Below, in pieces: positions 1 to 8,032 of a stretch of DNA of 31,379 nt. Every line of letters begins with the position of its first letter. Position 1 is the first letter of the stretch. The stretch is from IMG/VR virus record IMGVR_UViG_3300027887_000037, positions 1 through 31,379 of that record. The stretch is one strand, 5' to 3'. Origin of the DNA: a virus. Its lineage: Duplodnaviria > Caudoviricetes. The notes under the pieces are model-generated. The model ran no database searches. It was not told the DNA's origin and saw only the letters and a list, made by a program, of their open reading frames with translations. The position numbers and the translations under genes were made by a program.

Positions 1-2508
1 TGGCAACATCACCCTTGGATGAGCACTTGGACTGGCACTCAAGTTTTGCAAGCCGGAGACACAATCAAAATGAAGAGAGGTGACACCTGGAGCATTGCAA
101 ATCCTACTGTTTCATACATGACTGTGGGCCAAAGTGGAACAGATGCAAGTGGATACATTACAACTACAGCATATGGAAGTGGAGAAAAACCAATCATTAA
201 CATTTCAACAGATACTGCTTATCCTGTTATACGAGGACTTGGAAAATCATATATCACTCTTGATAATCTTGAAATTTCACATTTTCAAGCAGCACAAGAT
301 CATTACAATCAACAAGATGGAATTATATTTCAAAAAGATGCAAGTTTAAATGTACCTCATGATTGGATAATTACTAATTGTGATATTCATGATTGTCCTA
401 ATGTTGGTATTCATGGAACCGATGATTCTTATAATATTACAATTGGTGATTTAACTGCTACAATTACTGCAACAGCAACATCATATAATAACCATATTCA
501 TAATTGTGGTTATGCTGGTATTGATATATTAGGACGTAATCCCATAACAGGTCGTTCAGATTGGAATATTTACTATAATTATGTTCATGATATTGATGCT
601 GCGGGATTAGAACAGAATTCATATGGTATTGGTTTTGGCAGTAGTAATCAAGGAACGGCACAGGGAGAATCAGATGGATGGCCATCATATGTTTATGTAA
701 GATTTAATCGTGTTGAAAATGTACCAGGGTGGGAAGGAATTGAAACTCATGGTGGTACATACATATATTTCCAAGATAATTATGTTTATAACTGCCGTTC
801 TGGAATTTCAATCATGACTACGTATAATTTAAGTTATTATACAACTACTATCATGGATCATGGATATATTGAAAGAAATATTGTCGAACAACCCGGTAAT
901 CATCCTATTGATCGTTATGGTTTTATAGGAGCAACCGGAGATACTTCTTTATTTAGAGTTACAAATTGCTACATTAGAGATAATACATGTTTTTATACGT
1001 CGCGCCCATCTGATGAACGTTATGGAACGTGTATTTCTGTTCAAGATATTGATGGAATGACTATTTCAGGAAATCATATTTATAATGGGCCGGATAATAC
1101 TTTATTTGGTAGTAGTGCTATATTTATAGGATATGATCAAAAAATGGCTAAAAATATTACTATAAATAATAATTATGTTTGTGATTGGGATCAAACAATT
1201 TATCTTTATAATCCTAATATTGATGGAGATGTTATGATTTATAATAATATTATTTATTCTCCAGCTGAAGCAATTTATAGTACTTCTCCTACTACATGTT
1301 ATGGAAATATTAGTATTTATAATAACGTTTTATTATCAGCAGGAGGATCTAATTCTTATGTAATATGTTTTACAACGGTAGAAATTGCAGTCGGAGCTTC
1401 ATTAATTATTAAAAATAATATAGTAGGATTTTTACCTCAAAATTGGGGATATTATGTTTTAACAGGTGGCACAATAAGTGGTACATTAACTGTTGATAAT
1501 AATTTATATTGGAATAGTTTAAAAGCAACACCATTTTATTATCAGGGGGATGATCATAACTTTGTAGATTGGAAAGCACATGGGCTTGACACTCATAGTC
1601 CTAATACAGGAAATAGTCTTGATCCTAAGTTTATAAATTCGGGAGGTTCATATGCATTAGATACAGATTTTCTATTACAATTTGATTCTTCTGCAAAATA
1701 CGCCGGAATTAGTGTTGGTCTTACAACTGACTACGCAAATAGTACATGGAACAATCCGCCATCATTAGGTGCTTATGAATATAATTCTTTAGTAAATGGA
1801 CTTATAGCTTATTGGAAATTAGATGAAACATATGGAAATGCCATTGATACAACAGGCAACGGACATACAGGTACACTAAATTCTGGAATAACCCAAAATC
1901 AAGATGGCAAAATTAATACTTCATATTCTTTTAATGGAATTGATGGTTTATTGAGTGTTTCCACAATTGCTTTAGGAACAACGTTTACTATTTCTGCTTG
2001 GATTAAGCGAGATGATTCCGGAGATAATTACGGAATGTGTTTTGGTGATACTGTTGGCAATCAGGGCTTATATATTGGTAATTCTGGTAAATTTGACTAT
2101 TGGTATAATAACACATCACACGTAACGATTAATAATGTATTTCCTAATTTAACTTGGTGTCATTTTGTTATTACTGTATCTTCGGGTACAGGCCAATGTT
2201 ATGTAAATGGCATTAAAGTTCTTGATTTAACTTCAGTTCCAGCTTTTAATTTTCAACGCTTTGGTCTTTTTGATGATACGGGTTGGGAAACTGCTGTGTG
2301 GAAAGGTGTTCTAGATGAAGTAGGTATTTGGAATGTAGCGCTTTCTCAAGAAGATATATTACATCTATATAATTCCGGTAATGGAATATCTTATCCATTT
2401 TCAGGTACTTATGGTTTATATAGCTTTAAGCAACTTATATTTTATGTTGATTCTGTAGCAAAACGTCTAATATACAACGGAAAACGTCTAATATATGGTA
2501 CAAGTTAA
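1..2508 (+). CDS. Putative tailspike/receptor-binding protein: right-handed beta-helix (pectin-lyase-like) + choice-of-anchor-Q-like segment + C-terminal LamG/ConA-like domain; 5'-truncated
   Basis: Frame +1 is open from base 1 (WQHHPWMSTWTG), so the true start probably lies upstream. Repeating 'I.NC.IHD / N.I.NN' beta-helix rungs, then 'DPKFIN..DFLLQ..S.A...PSLGAYEY', then LamG signatures 'GLIAYWKLDE', 'FTISAWIK', 'WCHFVIT', 'GVLDEVGIWNVALS..I..LYN'. Confidence 0.75.
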   Translation, partial: WQHHPWMSTWTGTQVLQAGDTIKMKRGDTWSIANPTVSYMTVGQSGTDASGYITTTAYGSGEKPIINISTDTAYPVIRGLGKSYITLDNLEISHFQAAQDHYNQQDGIIFQKDASLNVPHDWIITNCDIHDCPNVGIHGTDDSYNITIGDLTATITATATSYNNHIHNCGYAGIDILGRNPITGRSDWNIYYNYVHDIDAAGLEQNSYGIGFGSSNQGTAQGESDGWPSYVYVRFNRVENVPGWEGIETHGGTYIYFQDNYVYNCRSGISIMTTYNLSYYTTTIMDHGYIERNIVEQPGNHPIDRYGFIGATGDTSLFRVTNCYIRDNTCFYTSRPSDERYGTCISVQDIDGMTISGNHIYNGPDNTLFGSSAIFIGYDQKMAKNITINNNYVCDWDQTIYLYNPNIDGDVMIYNNIIYSPAEAIYSTSPTTCYGNISIYNNVLLSAGGSNSYVICFTTVEIAVGASLIIKNNIVGFLPQNWGYYVLTGGTISGTLTVDNNLYWNSLKATPFYYQGDDHNFVDWKAHGLDTHSPNTGNSLDPKFINSGGSYALDTDFLLQFDSSAKYAGISVGLTTDYANSTWNNPPSLGAYEYNSLVNGLIAYWKLDETYGNAIDTTGNGHTGTLNSGITQNQDGKINTSYSFNGIDGLLSVSTIALGTTFTISAWIKRDDSGDNYGMCFGDTVGNQGLYIGNSGKFDYWYNNTSHVTINNVFPNLTWCHFVITVSSGTGQCYVNGIKVLDLTSVPAFNFQRFGLFDDTGWETAVWKGVLDEVGIWNVALSQEDILHLYNSGNGISYPFSGTYGLYSFKQLIFYVDSVAKRLIYNGKRLIYGTS

Positions 2509-2547
2509 AATACATAAATTATAATAAATTAAAGTTCTTTAAATAAA

Positions 2548-5500
2548 ATGAATAAATTTGTTAAGAAATTAATTGATGAATTCAACAAAAAATTTAAAGA
2601 AGAATTAAAACGTCAGATAAAGTTTTTTAGTAAACCTGACGTTTTAATTTCTTTGGGGATTGCTACGTTAGTGTTACTTAATAAACTCGTTAAAGAACAA
2701 AAATCAAAAATAGAAATAAAAACATTTTTACAAAAAGATGCTGCAGCAAAATCTATTATTAAATATACACAGTTAAAACTAGATGATGATATACTTGACG
2801 ATATTGTGATTGCTTGTATATCTGAAAAAGAACCTATTATTCCAGAAATTACAGAAGAAATTAATGTTAAAACATTACTTTCATTTGCAGATAAAACTAG
2901 TGATATTGATAATAAATTAAATATTCAAAAATTTAATAGTATATCAAAAACACTTGAAGGTAATGTTGAATTATTTGTAACCTATACATTTTTATTACAT
3001 CACATAATAGATATGACAAAGGATCTATTAACTAAAACAGAATATCCCTCAAAATACCGACTTAAATATATTCAAAAACTTACTCGTAATGTGTACGGAA
3101 TAATGACAACACAAATTGAAGCAATTAAAATTAACAAAAAACAAGAATACATTGAGCTTAAGGAAGGCACTAATAAAATTGTAAGTGATACTCAAGATGC
3201 TATTACAAATAAGTATAATAAAATTCGTTCGGCACTTAAACAAATTGACAATATTTTGATAGCAATAGCTCTTGCAACTACAATTTATATTATTAATAGA
3301 AAAAATCTTCAGAAAAAATCAAAAGAAACTCTTTCATCAATTGCGAAAGATGTTATATGCACCGAGGTGTCTGAACCCTTTGATGTTTCAATTAATAAGA
3401 TACCATTGGCTATTACTTTAAACTGTCCTGTGATCATGGATGATGTAATTGTACCCCATATTCCTATATCTATAAAGATGGAAAATCTTTCTTGTGAAGT
3501 TCCACAAAATGAACAATTAGTACCTGATGCAAGTGAATCAATTGATCTTGTAACTCATGCTGTGATAAGAAATATAAGCCAAAAAACTTTAATTCCTCTA
3601 GTAACTAAAGATGCACATTTAACAACAGAATCACAAATGGCTAATTTGCAAGGAAAATTTATATATTGTCCAGTTGATGGTACCATAGAATCTTTAAATA
3701 AAAATGAAATTGTTTTACGAGATATTTCAGATGCTCAACAAGATTACTTATCAAAACAAATTGATTTGTTAAATGAAAAGTATGAAAGATATAATGGCGT
3801 TAAATCATTTCTAAAAAACTATTTTGTCGAATCTCTTTATCCATCTATGTTAGCAATTGCAATTGTAGATGACACGTCAACTCGAAATCGATATACAAAG
3901 GTTGAAAATCAATGGGAAGATTTGAAAGACATATACAAAATGGTGAACAAGGAATATGAAAAACAAGTTAAAAAGATAACAGGGAAAAATAATGTTGAAA
4001 AACATGCAGAGAATGAAACTTTAGATGTAATAAAAACCGATTTAGAAAAACAAGAAGAAATATTTTTCAAACATTTAGAACTAATAAATGAAAACGCTAT
4101 AGATGCAGCAAAAAAGACAAAGGCTAGATCTAGTGAATATGAGTTGATAGAATACTATTTGTTAGATTTAGGTGCAATGTTTAATCAACTAGAACAAACT
4201 GATAAAATTGAAACAGAATTTAAAGATAATATAAACGAATTCATACGAAGAAGAATAATCATTGATGGATATAACAAAAATAAAATTGTCGAAAAAATAA
4301 ATGATGTAATTAAGAATATTGAAAAAGGAATAAGCGTAGGAAATTGGTTTACTAAGGCAATGGAAATTTATACACAGTCTAAGAAATTAGATGATGTTGA
4401 GTCATGGTTAGCAGGATTGGCTCAAAAAAATAAAAAATTAGAAGGTGCTGAAAAGGATAATGCTGTAAATAAAGTTATGTTTTTATTTGAGCTTTATTTA
4501 AATTATGATGAAATAATTAAAAAATATAACATAATTAACAAAGAAACAACACACAGATCAGCAACAATTGAAGAGGGAAACTGGATATTTGCATTCACAC
4601 AACAACTTTGGAAAGACTATAAATCTTTTCCAAAAGAAATAGAAGAAATCCAAAAAACAATTGATAGCTTGTCAATGTTTCAAACATATTCAATTATAAT
4701 GTGGAACGGTTATCAAGCAAGATTATACACAATTGCGGATGAACCTACATGTGTATCTACTGAAAGGGATCCTTATTTAAATCCCAAGACAGCATACGGA
4801 TTTGCAGACATTCAGTATTGGCTAAAATATTGTGCAGCAGCGACATTAGCAAGTTGTGCAAATCCAGCAACAGGCTGGTCAACTGGCTGGATCTTTCCTA
4901 CACCTATTTTATTTCCTGTTGTTTATATTCCTATTAAAGCTATATACACAAAATATGGATTCATGGTTATAGGACTTTCTATTTGTGGAATTTATTTATT
5001 TCCTTGGGTGTTGTTTGTGAATTTCACGACACAATACACAACGCCTTTTGGAGATCCTACTGTATTGTTAAAAAAACAAATAGAAAAACTCAAAAAAGAA
5101 ATATCTGAACGATTGATAGATCTTAAAAAAACTACAATAAAACCTTTGCTTGATAAATCAAAAGAAAATGTTCGAAAAACAGAAGAAGAATTAGAAATAG
5201 TAAAACAACAACAAAAAGATTACATTCAGCAAAGACCCGAAAGGCTGACAGTAGATCCTAATAACATAGAAGCAGGTGTTATAGAGAATCCTAAATATGT
5301 ATCAGAATATTTTGATTGGGCTGAAAAAAATAGAGATGTGGCCAAAAAAGTTGTAGATACACAGGTTTCATTATGGAGATACGAAGCGCAAGCTATGGCA
5401 TTACAAGAATCATATACTTATGGTAAATCTCTTGTAGGAATATTAGGAGTCACTGGTCCCGCAGAACAATTGCAACTAACAATAGGCAAACAAATAGATC

Positions 5501-5928
5501 AATTACTTAAACAGGTTGATAATGTAAATAGTCTGCTTGCAGTATTGCCTATAGCCATTGCACCAGAAAGCGCTAACTTTGCAATAACTATTAAAAATCC
5601 AAAACCTATCATAAAAATAAAAGATAATCTTGAAGATATGATAGATGCAGTCGTATTAGATAATGTAGTAGAAAAATTTAGATTAAAAAGTGAAGACCTG
5701 ACATCATCCAAGTATTTAAATAAACTTATTTTCTCAGTTGTTAATGATAAGGTTTATAGAAGAGCATTATCAGCAGCAAAGGTAAAGATAATAATTCAAG
5801 ATGCATTTCCAAAATACGAATCACTTACAGTAACAAATTATCCCTGGCTAATGTTCTTATATAAAGACTTTGTAACTACAGGTGCAAAGACCTATGGGTT
5901 TCCGGGTAATTTACCTTTACCTATTTAA
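2548..5928 (+). CDS. Large coiled-coil protein of unknown function with hydrophobic (possible TM) segments and a lipoyl/biotinyl-like barrel-sandwich motif
   Basis: 1126-aa ORF. K/E-rich helical stretches; hydrophobic runs (VLISLGIATLVLL; ILIAIALATTIYII; FMVIGLSICGIYLFPWVLFV); 'IYCPVDGTIESL' motif. Confidence 0.6.
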   Translation: MNKFVKKLIDEFNKKFKEELKRQIKFFSKPDVLISLGIATLVLLNKLVKEQKSKIEIKTFLQKDAAAKSIIKYTQLKLDDDILDDIVIACISEKEPIIPEITEEINVKTLLSFADKTSDIDNKLNIQKFNSISKTLEGNVELFVTYTFLLHHIIDMTKDLLTKTEYPSKYRLKYIQKLTRNVYGIMTTQIEAIKINKKQEYIELKEGTNKIVSDTQDAITNKYNKIRSALKQIDNILIAIALATTIYIINRKNLQKKSKETLSSIAKDVICTEVSEPFDVSINKIPLAITLNCPVIMDDVIVPHIPISIKMENLSCEVPQNEQLVPDASESIDLVTHAVIRNISQKTLIPLVTKDAHLTTESQMANLQGKFIYCPVDGTIESLNKNEIVLRDISDAQQDYLSKQIDLLNEKYERYNGVKSFLKNYFVESLYPSMLAIAIVDDTSTRNRYTKVENQWEDLKDIYKMVNKEYEKQVKKITGKNNVEKHAENETLDVIKTDLEKQEEIFFKHLELINENAIDAAKKTKARSSEYELIEYYLLDLGAMFNQLEQTDKIETEFKDNINEFIRRRIIIDGYNKNKIVEKINDVIKNIEKGISVGNWFTKAMEIYTQSKKLDDVESWLAGLAQKNKKLEGAEKDNAVNKVMFLFELYLNYDEIIKKYNIINKETTHRSATIEEGNWIFAFTQQLWKDYKSFPKEIEEIQKTIDSLSMFQTYSIIMWNGYQARLYTIADEPTCVSTERDPYLNPKTAYGFADIQYWLKYCAAATLASCANPATGWSTGWIFPTPILFPVVYIPIKAIYTKYGFMVIGLSICGIYLFPWVLFVNFTTQYTTPFGDPTVLLKKQIEKLKKEISERLIDLKKTTIKPLLDKSKENVRKTEEELEIVKQQQKDYIQQRPERLTVDPNNIEAGVIENPKYVSEYFDWAEKNRDVAKKVVDTQVSLWRYEAQAMALQESYTYGKSLVGILGVTGPAEQLQLTIGKQIDQLLKQVDNVNSLLAVLPIAIAPESANFAITIKNPKPIIKIKDNLEDMIDAVVLDNVVEKFRLKSEDLTSSKYLNKLIFSVVNDKVYRRALSAAKVKIIIQDAFPKYESLTVTNYPWLMFLYKDFVTTGAKTYGFPGNLPLPI

Positions 5929-5933
5929 TAAAG

Positions 5934-5960
5934 AAAGAGGGAAATTACTCCCTCTTTTTT
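5934..5960. terminator. Bidirectional intrinsic terminator
   Basis: Hairpin AAAGAGGGA-aattac-TCCCTCTTT with a T-run on + and an A-rich flank, lying between convergent genes. Confidence 0.8.
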
Positions 5961-5982
5961 ATATGACCTGACGATAGTTATT

Positions 5983-6426
5983 TTACTTAATTTTAATCAA
6001 GTTTTTAATTGCTTGTTTTTCTTCGGTTTTAGGAATCAAAATTTTTAAAATTCCTTTGTCCATAGTAGCATCGATGTTTTTAAGATCGAATTTATCTGAA
6101 AATTTCCAACTTAAACAGAATGATCTTTTAGCAATACCTCGTTGAATGTAATTATGTTTTTCATCATCTTCACGTGATTCTTCAGTCTTAGCGTATGCAA
6201 CACTAAGAAGACCATCTTGTTCTAGAATTTCGATATCTTCTTTATTAAGACCAGCTGCAGCAACTTCAATAGTTACTTGCTTGTCATCTTCATAGATATC
6301 TGTTGGGTAAGTTGATTTGACATTAAGCGCTGGTGCGAAAAATGAATCTCTTTGAAATAGATCTTTGAATAACAAGTCCCATGGTTCGGACGTGTTGTGA
6401 TCTAAAAATTTAGCAATGTTTGTCAT
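5983..6426 (-). CDS. hsp20: Small heat-shock protein (HSP20/alpha-crystallin family)
   Basis: Alpha-crystallin motifs 'YPTDIYED...IEVAAAGLNKEDIEI', 'YIQRGIAKRSF', 'IDATMDKGILKILIPK'. AAGGAGG lies 8 nt upstream of the ATG. Confidence 0.95.
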   Translation of the reverse strand: MTNIAKFLDHNTSEPWDLLFKDLFQRDSFFAPALNVKSTYPTDIYEDDKQVTIEVAAAGLNKEDIEILEQDGLLSVAYAKTEESREDDEKHNYIQRGIAKRSFCLSWKFSDKFDLKNIDATMDKGILKILIPKTEEKQAIKNLIKIK

Positions 6427-6434
6427 AGTTTAAT

Positions 6435-6441
6435 CCTCCTT
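6435..6441 (-). promoter_or_regulatory. Strong Shine-Dalgarno (AAGGAGG) of hsp20
   Basis: + strand cctcctt; 8-nt spacer to the ATG at 6426. Confidence 0.8.
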
Positions 6442-6521
6442 AAATAGATTTTTTTAGTTAAGCCTAAGCTTTAATTAATTATTAAAAATTGCCGTCAGGC
6501 CAATTTTATCTAATTTCATAA

Positions 6522-6532
6522 TTATATATTTC
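6522..6532 (-). promoter_or_regulatory. Putative phage promoter motif GAAATATATAA (towards hsp20)
   Basis: Same ATATATAA core recurs upstream of about nine transcription-unit starts. Confidence 0.5.
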
Positions 6533-6607
6533 TTGTGTGTGAAAGTTTTTTAATTTTTCTGTTAAATTTTTGTTAAAATTTTATTTGTATTTAAGACGAT
6601 AAGATAT

Positions 6608-6618
6608 GAAATATATAA
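6608..6618 (+). promoter_or_regulatory. Putative phage promoter motif GAAATATATAA (divergent from the hsp20 copy)
   Basis: Identical 11-mer in the opposite orientation, ending 5 nt before the ATG at 6624. Confidence 0.5.
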
Positions 6619-6623
6619 GATAT

Positions 6624-6956
6624 ATGAAATTAATTAGAGAACATATAAACGAGAAATTTCAAGAAGAATCAGATCCTATTGAAGATTTAGGAATAGGATC
6701 GAAATACATATATGATAATCTTAAACAGGGTGATATGTTAAGGGTAAAAAAATCATTTATGGCGGGCGGTAAACTTACCCCTGTAAATATAAAAGAAAGT
6801 GCGATTATTCGAATAAGTGATATATCAAGAGATTTTCCGATTAAAGATAAAACTACAATATCATTTGAATATGAAGTTCCTAATAAAAATTATTTCTGTA
6901 TGTCAGGAATTCATTTTAATTTTAATTTTTTTGTTAAACATTTTGAAATAGTATGA
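6624..6956 (+). CDS. Hypothetical protein with the shared INEKF..SDP..D..IG leader (putative internal virion protein)
   Basis: Start moved from 6606 to 6624 so the protein begins MKLIREHINEKFQEESDPIEDLGIG like its paralogous leaders. Confidence 0.7.
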   Translation: MKLIREHINEKFQEESDPIEDLGIGSKYIYDNLKQGDMLRVKKSFMAGGKLTPVNIKESAIIRISDISRDFPIKDKTTISFEYEVPNKNYFCMSGIHFNFNFFVKHFEIV

Positions 6957-7624
6957 AACTAGTTAAAGAACATATAAACGAGAAATTCATAGAAAATTCT
7001 GATCCTATTAAGGACATGGGTATTGGATTAAAACGTCAATTAAGACTTGGTTTGAATCGTTTAACACTTACAGAAAGCGTTGGCGCAATTAAATATAAAC
7101 ATCACATGGGCTTATATTATTTTGAAATAGATTATTATGGAAGACCCATAGAAAGAATTATAGATCATATTAAAAAATATATAGGAGAAGAATATTTCAG
7201 TAAAATAGGCGTTAGAACTCATGCTCTTCATACCATAGCAACGGCAATCGTTAAAGATGAGTATAAACACATATTTCAAGAAGTTATGAATATGGGTGAA
7301 AATGTAAATGAAAAGTTTGAAGAAGAATCAGATCCCCTTGATGATATGAAAATAGGCACTCACTGGAAAGAAAAACTTGCTATTAAATTTCTTAATTGGG
7401 TAAATAAAGATTATCAAATGGATCCTAACTCTAGTGATTATTGGGGATATGTAAATATAGGTATAATAGGTTTAAGCGATCCTGAACTTCGAGAAGGCTT
7501 TACAGAATATGTTCATAATTGGACTAAATATAGAAAAGCATTAAAAGATTTAAATATACAAATTTCGCGTGTTCCTGATATAATGGAAACTATATTTGAA
7601 CGTCCTGCAGATTATCCCAAATAG
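6953..7624 (+). CDS. Hypothetical protein with two copies of the shared leader (N-terminal and internal); possible two-cargo fusion
   Basis: MKLVKEHINEKFIENSDPIKDMGIG at the N-terminus and NVNEKFEEESDPLDDMKIG internally; ATGA overlap with the upstream gene. Confidence 0.75.
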   Translation: MKLVKEHINEKFIENSDPIKDMGIGLKRQLRLGLNRLTLTESVGAIKYKHHMGLYYFEIDYYGRPIERIIDHIKKYIGEEYFSKIGVRTHALHTIATAIVKDEYKHIFQEVMNMGENVNEKFEEESDPLDDMKIGTHWKEKLAIKFLNWVNKDYQMDPNSSDYWGYVNIGIIGLSDPELREGFTEYVHNWTKYRKALKDLNIQISRVPDIMETIFERPADYPK

Positions 7625-8030
7625 ACAACAAAGTTCTCTTCCATCTATTACCAACCCACACATACAAGTAATTCCCGTCTGCCATCAAGTGCATTGCCGA
7701 CAGTTCTGATGCATTTTTAGGAAGAACGTTAATAGCTATATCTTGATTGGTAAACGGCTCACTGAAGACACTCGGTGCATCATATTTTATCTCTGGTAAA
7801 GGCGACTGAATCATGATTATTGAGGGCTCAACATGAATTATACGAATTGACGGTTCTATTGGAAGCATTACAATAGACGGCTCAATTCTTAATGTAGGTA
7901 TATTATCTATTAAATTTTGAATTGATATTTTATTGGGTGTTCTCCATGAATTAGAATCAACTAGAATAAACACGTTAGATTTATCAAGATCTTTAGTATT
8001 GACTATTTTTAATTTATTTAGATTTTCCAT
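7590..8030 (-). CDS. Small putative tail-fibre-associated protein
   Basis: C-terminal 'ADGNYLYVWVGNRWKRTLLSIW' resembles the 'D.NYIYVC...WKR.ALS.W' cap seen on many phage fibre proteins; three EPSI repeats; last gene of the baseplate operon. Confidence 0.55.
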   Translation of the reverse strand: MENLNKLKIVNTKDLDKSNVFILVDSNSWRTPNKISIQNLIDNIPTLRIEPSIVMLPIEPSIRIIHVEPSIIMIQSPLPEIKYDAPSVFSEPFTNQDIAINVLPKNASELSAMHLMADGNYLYVWVGNRWKRTLLSIWDNLQDVQI

Positions 8031-8032
8031 GA

